From Tubiluchus corallicola (Eukaryota; Animalia; Priapulida), in the NCBI GenBank assembly GCA_030141605.1, contig JAQGDQ010000941.1:1-64000 (forward strand): 64,000 nucleotides of DNA. Reading direction: 5' to 3'. Made by a program: the position numbers and the translations under genes. Of this stretch, positions 1 through 12,700 are shown piece by piece. A model generated the notes under the pieces. That model saw only the letters and a program-made list of their open reading frames with translations. It was not told the DNA's origin and ran no database searches. The number at the start of each line of letters is the position of its first letter. Position 1 is the stretch's first letter.

Positions 1-813
1 GTTTTTGCATCGATGCTAAATTTCTGCAGCTTTTGCATCGGTGCTAATTTTGTGCATTTTTTGCATCGGTGCTAATTTTGTGCAGCTTTTGCATCGGTGC
101 TAATTTTGTGCAGCTTTTGCGTCGGTGCTACTTTTGTGCAGCTTTTGCATCGGTGCTAATTTTGTGCAGCTTTTGCATCGGTGCTAAATTCGTGCAACTT
201 TTGCATCGGTGCTAATTTTCTGCAGCTTTTGCATCGCTGCTAATTTTGTGCATTTTTTGCATCGGTGCTAAATTCGTGCAGCTTTTGCGTCGGTGCTTAA
301 GTTTGTGCAGTTTTTGCATCGATGTTAAATTTCTGCAGCTTTTGCATCGGTGCTAATTTTGTGCATTTTTTGCATCGGTGCTAATTTTGTGCAGCTTTTG
401 CATCGGTGCTAATTTTGTGCAGCTTTTGCGTCGGTGCTAATTTTGTGCAGCTTTTGCATCGGTGCTAATTTTGTGCAGCTTTTGCATCGGTGCTAAATTC
501 GTGCAACTTTTGCATCGGTGCTAATTTTCTGCAGCTTTTGCATCGCTGCTAATTTTGTGCATTTTTTGCATCGGTGCTAAATTCGTGCAGCTTTTGCGTC
601 GGTGCTTAAGTTTGTGCAGTTTTTGCATCGATGCTAAATTTCTGCAGCTTTTTCATCGGTGCTAATTTTGTGCATTTTTTGCATCGGTGCTAATTTTGTG
701 CAGCTTTTGCATCGGTGCTAATTTTGTGCAGCTTATCCATCGGTGCTAATTTTGTGCAGCTTTTGCATCGGTGCTAAATTCGTGCAGCTTTTGCATCGGT
801 GCTAATTTTGTGC
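1..813. repeat. 28-bp minisatellite with 309-bp higher-order period
   Basis: Unit gcagcttttgcatcggtgctaattttgt; variant gtttttgcatcgatg recurs at 1, 310 and 619. Confidence 0.92.
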
Positions 814-1426
814 TAAAGCCCTGCAAAAACCTCCTCGTTAAACTTAAATTATTCACTTTTCATCAGTATCATCTATTATCATACACTTCTGTTATCACAC
901 ACTTCCTATCCAAGTTCATTGTGTACTTAGTTAAGCCCTGCTCTTTATAATATTTTGCAGATGTTGTATTATTCACTCTGGGTTGTTCTTTTTAGTTGAG
1001 TTCAACGTCAAAGTTTAGAACTTTTCCTTGAGTCACTGTCTTTCCCGATCTGTCCATCCATCCTGTGCAATACAAATTTGCGAATTTTCAGTTTTTTGTG
1101 TTGCTTCTTGCTATGTGTAATCAAGTCGTCATGTTCACATGACATTGGTCTTATACAAGCCTTTGTTTCTCTAGCCCACTGCTGTACAATTAATCTTTTA
1201 TGATAACGATAGCGTATGAAATATAATAATTTATTACAGAATTGTGAACTATTTTAATGTTACCATGTATTACACGTCACTATATTGTACTAAATGTGAT
1301 GATAATAATAAAAAAAATTCGAAATTTATAAACGAACTGAAAGTTATGTATCTTGACCCCACATTTATGGTAAATTATTTCATCCTAATAACTCGAAGGC
1401 ATTATTCTTTTAATTTTATTGATTAG

Positions 1427-1624
1427 CCTCATGACCATGATGTGTGTAGATTCGACGTTATCGTCAATGACAACATCTGGTATTTGCGAGCTTATTCTGC
1501 CGAGGAGCGAGATCACTGGGTTCAAACCTTGCAATCTTGTAACCACGGCAACAGTCTCCGTCGTCACGGCTCATTGAAATCTCTTGGGTCTGTAGGATCG
1601 TCAGCGAGTTCGACTTCTTTCAAG
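1427..1624 (+). CDS. CERT1: CERT exon: end of PH domain plus serine-rich motif
   Basis: gattag|CCTCATGAC ... TTCAAG|gtaagt; [33 protein letters not shown]...[10 protein letters not shown]. Confidence 0.93.
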
Positions 1625-3545
1625 GTAAGTGGTAATAGTTGTAAGTTAGTGGTACGTTTTTTACGTTTATTGTACGGCATACGTCAAAAGCATGAAGATC
1701 TGTCTCTTACAAAATACGTGTAGCAACCAAAAACTTCATATTATAAAGTTTTGATGAATATTTACTAAGTACTAACATATTATGATAAGACTTTCAGGGC
1801 CATTGATTTTTTTTTAGTTTTTTACACATCATCAAGCTATCTATCTTTCTTGAAAGACAAGAAAAGGGGTAACAGAAGTAGGTTTCAGAAAAATAGGTTT
1901 AAAAATTTATGTTACTTTACAGCAATTTTATGTGTGTATCGTACTCGTGTTGAAAGGAATTTTGCTTGTTTTCATTTGAAATCTCCCGCAATATTGTTCC
2001 AATGGCACCATTACATGACGTCATGTACGCATAACTTAAATCAGTGGATGAAAAGGCATTATTAAATTATGTCCCAAAAAATCTCTCTGTGCAAATCTAT
2101 ATTACTTAGATTTTTGCTTACCTGCTGGAAAGACTCATGTAACTAGAAATAATAATTTAAAATGTTTGTTCCATTTGGTAAAATATCGCGGTAAAATGTC
2201 GCCGGCTCCCCCTCCAGGGTGCACCGCTCACTAACAAAAAACGTATTTTTAATCTTATTGACAAGATACAGTAATTTGAAATTTTACTTAGTTACTAACA
2301 TGTGTGCTACGAATGCTCTGATTATTTTTCCAAAACTTCACTTAATGTTATCTAAACTTGTTTCAAACGGACCTACCATTAAAATGGCTGCGTCTAACGG
2401 TCATCTTGGGAGTTTAAATTTACGTCTTTCATACCGCGTTACTGCCGACGCAAGCCCTGCATGCAAAAAGGCAGTACGTAAGTGGAAAAAATTTTTCGAG
2501 AGGAGTTTTTTAAGCTTTATGTAAGTGGAGAGTATTCTTCTGCTTTTCGACTAATGAAATTTGATTAAGTTTTTACTCTGAAACAAGGTGAACAAGGATT
2601 TTAACTTGGCCACAGATTCATGGACAAAAAAGTGTTACAAGTTATTCAGGTAACAGTAACAATTTAATCCTAAATGTAATCGTGCTCCTTTAGAGATATT
2701 CTTCCACGTCAAGCTTAAGAACTCCATAGATCTATACTCCAAAGCCTTAATTATTGCACTGCTTATGTAAAATACGTATTCTGCAACGGTTAAATCTAAA
2801 ATGATAAAATTCGTTTCAGAGAGGAAGAGGTCTCAGAGAAAAATTGCATGAAATGGGAACATTCCGTGACATTCTGTGCCAGCAGGTTGACACGCTGCAA
2901 AAATATTTTGATACGTGCGCAACTGCTATGTCTCCGTCCAGTGATAAGCGAAATAGTATGTAAAAATGCTTTACTTGTATAAAAAAATTAACGTTTAAAC
3001 GCTTGTATGCATTGAGTGCATTTGTGCTGATAAACAGCTAAAATCTTTTCGTTAAAGTTCTTTCTAAGTTTGAAAACTGAATTGCAATTGTAAAAGGTCT
3101 TTTCAAAATTTCTTAGATACTTGAAAACTATTAAATCAAGTTTAAGAACCCTTACCTGTTTTGAGGTAAATGTTTTTTCATTAAAATTTTCTACATTTTA
3201 AGGTAAAATGTGTCAAACGCTTTTAAAATTTGTGAAAGTGTTTGTGCGTCGGTGCATGTATCTGCGCCGTCTTGTAAAATTACATGTTCAGGATGTTTCC
3301 CTGTAAAATTCTGTTTTTGCTCGTAGGTATTGCCATTGATGATCTCGAAATGATTGATGACAATTTTGAAATTCAAATTCCAGGCTTCAATGATAGTAAA
3401 GGTAAAGATATATATATATATATATATATATATGTATTCATGTCACAAATTCATTTACGTGTGTTGTGTGTGTGTGTTTGTGTGTGCGTGTGTGCATGCG
3501 TGTTAGAAGTGTTAACATCTAACATATATATATAACATGTGTGTG

Positions 3546-3588
<43 letters not shown>

Positions 3589-3696
3589 ATGCATGCGTGT
3601 GTGTGGGGGGTGTGGGGATGTGGGTGTGGGTGTTAGAAGTGTTAACATCTAACTCATATATATAACATATAACATATATATGTGTTAGATGTTAAG

Positions 3697-3736
<40 letters not shown>

Positions 3737-6700
3737 TAACATGTCTGTGTTAGAAGAATGACATACATGAGGAACTTTTAAGAAGTCTTGTATAACGACA
3801 TTGTTAAATTTTACTCAACTAGGACTGATGAATTGTAATAAAGAAGCAGGTGAAAGTATTTAATTTGTTGCTTTACACTGCACTGACCAGTGGTCACCCT
3901 TCAATTTAGCGGACCTACTTAGTGTAGGTAATTTGTCATAACTGAAACTTAATTCATCATCAACGATAATCCTCTAAAACGAGCACCGAAGCAGTTTTCC
4001 TGTATGGTCTCCATCCATTTATCAACCAAGATTAGTGTTGCTTAACTTTGATAGAAGACACGCACTTCCCTTGTCTTGATTTTGATTATTGATTTTAACG
4101 TCTTACTGTTGCTCTCTTCGTAGAGAATTCAAGTTGCTTGCAAGAAAACTTGGCGATACACGCTTCACATGCAATAGATTTCCGCGGGGAGGCGCTGACG
4201 TTCAAGGCTACGACGAGCGGAATCTTGGAAACACTTTCCTACTGCATAGATTTAATGAACCAAAGAGAAGAACTTTGGAGGAGAAGAGTAGAGAAGGTGA
4301 GATATTATTAACGTACAAAATTTACATGATTTAAAAGTGATTTTTGAAGTTGTTGCTCAGTCACTTTGATATGCTTGAGTTTAGACACACTTAGACGTAC
4401 GGATAAAAACCAAACGTGTATAATAAATATTTGCATTTCACACAACTGAAAAGTGTGTATTGAACTAGAATGGAAAATAAGAATGGAAAAACTGCTGCAC
4501 TGAACATTGAGCAAAAACTAGAAAGCAAAAACAGTCAGTAAACCCTTTTTCACAGTCAGTATACAGGTATAGAACTTGACCTATGCAGACTTGCACAGGT
4601 TTCACAACAACCATTAATTTTAGATAGGGAGAGGACCAGTGTGCATGTAGTCACTGGACCATACAATTATACTGAAGGTAAGTCAGCTGGTTGAATGTAA
4701 CAAGATTAGCACATAGATGGCAGCACCTAAACTACTATGTACACGTACCAACTTCCGCACACGTTATAAACCCGTGTTAATAGCTGTGTTAGGAAAAATC
4801 ATTGTTAATTGAAGGTATATCTTTGTTAGGAAATGATGTATTTACACAGATATGCAAATACGGAGAGCAAAAATCAATTATGCTTGGCTATATCAAGCAC
4901 AAGGTTTATTGCTCGTTTTTAACATAATATTTGTTCTGAAGTATCAGGATCAAGATTATTATTAAAGTCAAACTAAACCCTCACTATGATATAAGCCTTC
5001 ACAACCTAAAATCCTACTCTCATTACGAATATTCAATTTATTTTACTATAAACTTGCTGTACAATTTGTTTCATTCGAATTTTTATCACTTCGTTGTTAG
5101 CGGTATTAAATTTAGAGAATCGCCGTCTTTCGTTGCGCAAGACGAATGACGTTATGAGTGCAGTCACGAGGTCTCCAAAGATCGGTAAACAAACATCGGT
5201 AACCAAGGACTCTTTCTGTACCTCGTACCTCATTCTCGCTCATGAACGCGAAACATGGCGATCTTTACGGCAGTGCACGCGTTAGAAATTAAGCAGAAAA
5301 GAGTAAGTTATTTAATTTATAACTCCATTTTGTGTAAAAATAATTGTGATTTTTTTGTGTAATCATAATATTGAGTTTAAAAAACTTCAGTATCTGTTGG
5401 GGTTACAGATCTTTAATGATCCTACAGTTGATTAAGTTTAAATACCAAACTCAAAAGACGGGAAATGTAAAAAAGTTGGAATGCTGCTGGATTAGAACCA
5501 GATACCATAGGTTTGCATTGCAGACATCTTGGACCACTAGACCACAGCTTACCCAGTGGTCAAGACCGACCAAAGTTTATCCCGTATAGCTGGTCAACAA
5601 AATTCAGCATTTCGATTTTGAGATCTCTCTTTGGAAATGTTGAATTTGGTTGTCAGCTATAAAGGATGATATTTGTACTGCCTTGTCCACTGGGAGTACA
5701 ACAGCCAAGTGGTTTAAGTCATCTGCAGTGTAAGCAGAAGGCTTCTGGTTCAATTCCACGTCTTCATGTTTGTCGATTTCAAGTTTGATAATTTTGGGTT
5801 TTTACCATCAACAACTGTTTGCTACAATAGTATACAGTGGCTAAACAATTTCGTCCAATCACAGCTTATTTTGCAACCATTTCTTATACGTTCTCGGATT
5901 GGCTTCCAGTATTTTGGAGTTTCTTTTCCTCTTTACTGGAGGCGCTTCTGCTGTTTTGCATAATATTTCAATAATAGCTGAACTTTCTTGACTTTTGTTA
6001 ACGTCTGTAAGTGCAGTGATTTGTTGAACTTTCTTGACTTTTGTTAACGTCTGTAAGTGCAGTGATTTGTTGAACTTTCTTGACTTTTGTTAACGTCTGT
6101 AAGTGCAGTGATTTGTTGAACTTTCTTGACTTTTGTTAACGTCTGTAAGTGCAGTGATTTGTTGAACTTTCTTGACTTTTGTTAACGTCTGTAAGTGCAG
6201 TGATTTGTTGAACTTTCTTGACTTTTGTTAACGTCTGTAAGTGCAGTGATTTGTTGAACTTTCTTGACTTATGTTAACGTCTGTAAGTGCAGTCATTTGT
6301 TGAACTTTCTTGACTTTTGTTAACGTCTGTAAGTGCAGTGATTTGTTGAACTTTCTTGACTTATGTTAACGTCTGTAAGTGCAGTGATTTGTTGAACTTT
6401 CTTGACTTATGTTAACGTCTGTAAGTGCAGTGTTTGTTGAACTTTCTTGACTTTTGTAGACATCTGTAAGTGCAGTCATTTGTTACAATTAGGAAATGGA
6501 GAAACGCCACAAAGTGGAAGACTTGTATAAGCACGCTTTGGAGAAGCTGGACGACCTTGAAAAGAAGCCACCCATCATATTTGGTGGTCCAGACTATGAG
6601 GTCAGTTTTCAGTTTCTGTAGTTGAACCATTCACTTTGTCACTTTTAGTTGATGTAGAACAATAGCGGCTCGTAACTAAAATTACTGGGAGTGCTGCTTC

Positions 6701-9700
6701 AGAAAATTTTTAGCCATTGTTTTAATACTGTGTAAAATGTAACAAACGTGTAATTTTAATGTTGTAGTTATATTTGAATATCGGGTGTTGAACTGTCTCT
6801 TTTCTTAACTGCAACTTTCTCGTGGAGAGACAACAGTGAAAAATTAAGCTGTTGTAGTTTACTTACAGTCATGGAACTTATTTCTTGGGGATGCAAGGCG
6901 TTCATTATTAAATAATTTATGTTTTAAGCACACGCTGAGTTTACATTTTATCATATCCAAGAGTATGACGGTGGACGGTAAACCCATGGCCATTGTTACT
7001 GTGTTAGAGGCAATACTTTCTCTACCTAGCAGCAGACGCTAACATAAAGCATGTTATCTCAGACATGTGCGCATGGCCGCATGTGCGCAACAGCCAAACA
7101 CCACGTTGCTTGGGCTGTGAAGCAAATTGTACTTCCCTCACGTGATCCAGTTCTGAATAAGTATAGAAAAAAGAACTAAAGAAAAAAGACTTATTATATT
7201 GAATATTATCAATAATAATGAGTGAAAACAGGGGGTGTTGCAGTACCACTGTACCTATACACGAGCTGCCACTGATGTAGAAACGTGTGTTATTAAAGTT
7301 AGTTTAGGTGTAAACATTATTATTCATTTGCTTGTAATGTTGTTTATTGTTGTGTCTCATTATAACAGTCGAATGAAGCCAGTTGAAATTCTATGATTGT
7401 TAGCAGTACCCCCCTCCACATCCATTATTGATTTTTTATTGAAGCCAGTTGAAATTCCAGATTGTTAGCAGTACCCCCCTCCACATCAATTATTGATTTT
7501 TGATTGAAGCCAGTTGAAATTCCAGATTGTTAGCAGTACCCGCTTCCACATCCATTATTGATTTTTGAATCTTATCTTTAAACTTAAACATTTCATCATT
7601 AGTTTTCTGAGTGAACCATAATCTTTTTTCGTGGTTTGATATTTATTGTTTATTCTGATGGTCCACTGTGGTTTGTTGGTTTTTATATGGGTCAGTATCG
7701 TTTGTTTATTATTTCAGGAGGGACCATTTAGCTCGTTAAAAGAAGAGGAATTCTACGATGCAATCGATGCGGCCTTGGATAAACAAGAAAAAGAGGAGGA
7801 TTTGGTAACGTTTCCTGATGTTCATCATTTCTGTGTACTTTATACAAATGTGCTCATTTCCAGCCAGTTTTGACCTGGAATCAATCATCGTTAAAACTAA
7901 AATGTTTAAAATTGAAAAGTAATTATGGCAGCTGTAGTGTACATGTGTAGTCTGTCTGAAAAGTCTGAAGTGTAGTGTACATGTGTAGTCTGTCTGAAAA
8001 GTCTGAAGTGTAGTGTACATGTCTGACTGAAAATATGGTATCGGGATTAAACGTCTGTAAACTTGGCGGTGATTGAATCCACCAGTAAATGCAGTTGTAT
8101 AGAATTAGACATATGCAAATAAATGTATACAAGATGTTTGAATATCAAATTATTATATTCTCGGTTTTTGGTTTAATGATTATTTATTCGGAGATTAATA
8201 AAACTAAGGATGCACTGTCGGTGATGGTAACAAATGATCATTTTTGAATATGATGTCGTTTTGCTGTTATTTTGATAAGCAGGAATAAAAGCTTGTGTAA
8301 AATTTGGCTTCTTGCCAATTTGTGAGCTATGTGATTATGAAGTAGTTGTTCAGGTTATGTTCCGCACGTTCAGACTACAAAGTTTTCTCGCACGTTTTCT
8401 CTGACAGTAAGCTCGCAAGTGTGAACGGCTTAGCAAGTTCTCTCGCAAGAACTCTCAGCAACTCAAAGAGTTTCCAGTAACTTGTGAACTAGCAACTTTC
8501 GGAATTAGCAAAGTCGTTCACACTTGCGGGTTTTCTCTTAGAGAGAACTTGTGAGAGACTTGCAAAGCCGTTCACACGTGCGGGTTTTCTCTTAGAGAGA
8601 ACTTGTGAGAGACTTGCAAAGCCGTTCACACGTGCGGGTTTTCTCTTAGAGAGAACTTGTGAGAGACTTGCAAAGCTGTTCAAACTTGCGGGTTTTCTCT
8701 TAGAGAGAACGTGTGAGAACTTGCAAAGCTGTTCACACGTGCCAGAACTTGTGAGAAAACTTGGAAAGCCGTTCACACTTGCGAGAACTTGTTTGAAAAC
8801 TTGCAAAACCGTTCACACTTGCGAGAACTTGTGAGAGAACTTGCAAAGCTGTTCACACTTGCGAGAACTTGTGAGAAAACTTGCAAAGCTGTTCACACTG
8901 GCGAGTACTTGTTAGAGAACTTGCAAAGCCGTAAACACTTGTGAGAACTTGTGACAGAACTTGCAAAGCTGTTCACACTTGCGAGAACTTGTGAGAAAAC
9001 TTGCAAAGCTGTTCACACTTGTGAGTACTTGTGAGAAAACTTGCAAAGCGGTTCACACTTGTGAGTACTTGTGAGAAAACTTGCAAAGCCATTCACACTT
9101 GTGAGTACTTGTGAGAAAACTTGCAAAGCGGTTCACACTTGTGAGTACTTGTGAGAGAACTTGCAAAGCCGTAAACACTTGTGAGAACTTGTGACAGAAC
9201 TTGCAAAGCCATTCACACTTGCGGAGTTTCTCTCAGAGAGAACTTGCGAGAACAAACTCTGTAGTCTGAATGCGCCGTAAATCATTTTTGCAGCTGCTAC
9301 AACGCTATAAGAGAAGCTCTGAAGTATCGGTGGTACCTTTCACACTTCCCGCCCCATCAGAACATCGACTGTCGGCTGAGGTAAATGTGATCATATTTTT
9401 TCTTTTCATAAAATTTGGCACTTTGTAAACTGGAGTCCATCACTCAGTACCGTGGCCTGTAAATTGGAGTCCATCACTCAGTAGCGTGGCCTGTAAACTG
9501 GAGTCCATCACTCAGTACCGTGGCCTGTAAACTGGAGTCCATCTCTCAGTACCGTGGCCTGTAAATTGGAGTCCATCACTCAGTAGCGTGGCCTGTAAAC
9601 TGGAGTCCATCACTCAGTACCGTGGCCTGTAAACTGGAGTCCATCACTCAGTACCGTGGCCTGTAAACTGGAGTCCATCACTCAGTACCGTGGCCTGTAA

Positions 9701-12700
9701 ATTAGAGTCCATCACTCAGTACCGTGGCCTGTAAATTGGAGTCCATCACTCAGTACCGTGGCCTGTAAATTGGAGTCCATCACTCAGTACCATGGCCTGT
9801 AAATTGGAGTCCATCACTCAGTACCGTGGCCTGTAAATTGGAGTCCATCACTCAGTACCTTGGCTTCTACTTAATCTGGAATAGTTAGGATCATACGAGA
9901 TTAGTAAGTACATTAGTCTTTTTCAAAGAAATGAAATATAAAAGCTAAACTGAAACAGAAAATTGTTATTTTTACCACTAGGTGGACGAAGTCGTCTGGG
10001 ACCACATCAAAATGCTGAAGACCGGAATCGGTGTGAACAAGACAGAGTGGGAGTGCCTAGCCGAGGACGGTGACATGAAGGTGACTGGAATTTTTTGTTT
10101 CACATTTATCACCCACTTTTTAATGAGTGTTACATTTTTTGCTACATTTTATATTTAATTTGTTTATTTACTATATTATTTGTTCGAACACATAAGTTTT
10201 ATTTGTCACAAATTGGCTAGTTAAAGGGTAGCTTTTTTCTCTTCTGTAATAAAATAAAATTGGTTCCTGAATTGAATACTAAGACGGAAGCATCGCTGAA
10301 AAATTTACTACTATAAGAAAAGTGATTACAAAACTGATGTCTACTTATGCAGCCTCTTTGGAACAGAAAGTTTACGTTATTTAAAAATCTGCAAAGCTGC
10401 GAGTCGAACCAATGTCCTCGCTTGGCAATGGTTTACCATTTCTTGTGCATCCATAAGTAAGAATGAGTTAGTTAATCGCGACACGGTTTACTATTAATAG
10501 TGATTTTTCAAGTTTCCCAAAATATCATTATTATTAATAGCCCTGGTGTGGTTAACACTGTATTTATTTTTTTATTTTCAGGAAGTTTTCTTTTTAAATT
10601 GTCCATTTTGTGTTGCAATGTTGTTGTTTTAATCCTTTTTCAACTCTCAGGTTTACAGGAAGTTGCAACTGGAAGAGTATCCATCCACACCGGTAGATTT
10701 TATAATTGTTTTTAGCTTTTGCATTGGAATTTTGTTGGCTGTGTTGCACCAAAATTTACTTTTGGCACACAAGGAAAAGTGAAGTGGATTTTTAGCCAAG
10801 TGTGAAAGTTTTTGTTTGAATGAATTGATTTAATATACTGTATATACTTATGTACAAGTCGATGTACATTTAAAGACCAAAAATTGCATCATTTTATATA
10901 TTACCTGTTTACAAGTCGACCATAAAATATTAAGATCTTCCAGAGCAAATGATGTGGTTCATCACCTTCCCATTTGAAGAAAACATAATTCACTAAAATT
11001 AATGCCTCTGCGTAGTTGTGTTTTATATACGATGGTAATCGATATTTTGCCAATAAAACGCGCATGTACAAGGCCAGTGTAAAACTTCTCATGGAAGCCG
11101 ACAGGTGGCAGCACCTGCACAACATTGGCGGTTTCCATGTTCTGATCGAGTGCTCCGTCGCTAGTTTATTTATTTATTGGTAATATATAAATTTCAACTT
11201 AATTTCACATACATTAAAATAAATTACGTAATATTTGTTAATTTTGAGAAGTAATGTCAAGATGCGAACCATTCTCTGATGTGAAGTATCACAGTACAAG
11301 CGTTCATTCGGTTTAGTGTATAATGAAGGATTATTTCTTTACATATTCGTATTGTAGATGACTCTTTAGGGACATCTCCCGAAAGCATATCATAAGTATA
11401 AGTCGACCCCAAAAATTTCACCTTAAAATCGCCTCCCAAAAATTCTCTGCTTAAGTCCTCTGCTTAACGACTCCCCGTTTAGCGATGTTTCGTTTTAACG
11501 ACGCTGAACATTATTTATTAATTAGTAGAAACTGTAAAGAAAATCATAAAACTTTTAAATTATATGATTTAAGCAGCATTGATTTTTGCCCCTAGAATGT
11601 ATCTCAGCTCTTTTACTTTCTATGGAAGTCTTGGCTTCGTTTAATGACGTTTCACTTAACGACCATGCTGGAACGCATTAGTGTCGTTACGCGAGTACTT
11701 GCTGTATTAAATTTAACTTGGCTAGACTAAGACAGGTTAGTTAACTTGGGTTAGATGAAGTTAGATCAGGTTAGGATAGGCTAAAATAGGCATTGATAGC
11801 TTAGACTTGAGTACATTGGGTTATGCTAAGTTATGGTTATGAGATGGGTCATTTGCAGAGATAAATAACATCTGTGAAGGTAATGTTTCAAGTTGTAGAT
11901 CACTCAATTTGTTATGATTGAGTTTAGGCGCAGAAGTATGAACAAGAATAAAAAATCTATAATACGTATTTGCACTGCACACAACAGAAAAGCGTTTATT
12001 AAAACTACAGACACATGAGTAGCATGACTGCTGCACTGAACACTGAGAGTGAGAGAGTCCTGAACACTGAGAGTGAGAGAGTGAGAGTCCTGAACACTGA
12101 GAGTGAGAGAGTGAGAGTCCTGAACACTGAGAGTGAGAGAGTGTCCTGAACACTGAGAGTGAGAGAGTGAGAGTCCTGAACACTGAGAGTGAGAGAGTGA
12201 GAGTCCTGAACACTGAGAGTGAGAGAGTGTCCTGAACACTGAGAGTGAGAGAGTGAGAGTCCTGAACACTGAGAGTGAGAGAGTGTCCTGAACACTGAGA
12301 GTGAGAGAGTGTCCTGAACACTGAGAGTGAGAGTGACTAGAAAGTAAAACCAGTCAGTACATATAGGTATAGGTGACCTATGCAGACTTGCACAGGCTTC
12401 ACAACAACCATTACTTTAAAATAGGGAGACATCCAGTGAATATGCAGTCACTGGACCATACAATTATACTGGGGGTAAGTCAGCTGGTAGAATGTAACAG
12501 GATTAGCCCATAGATGGCAGCACATAATTATAATGTACAATTCCAACTTCCACAATGTCGGATTAGTACTGCATATTAGATTTTAAAAAGATCAAATCAT
12601 GGTGGCTTTTCGCTGTGCAAATCTAATGCATGTCTTACTTTGATCTAAAATGAACTAGTAAAAACATGGAAAAATTACAAATGTAAATCATAACAGTATT

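Noticed and set aside
5703-5760. Functional tRNA gene
   Set aside because: A/B boxes are present but no convincing acceptor stem or cloverleaf; treated as a SINE-like remnant.
10583-10633. Second acceptor (ttttcag|gaag) upstream of the candidate alternative CERT exon
   Set aside because: In phase 0 it hits TAA after 16 codons and shows no similarity to CERT.
11821-12321. 166-, 121- and 96-aa minus-strand ORFs
   Set aside because: Translations of the 26/30-bp minisatellite.
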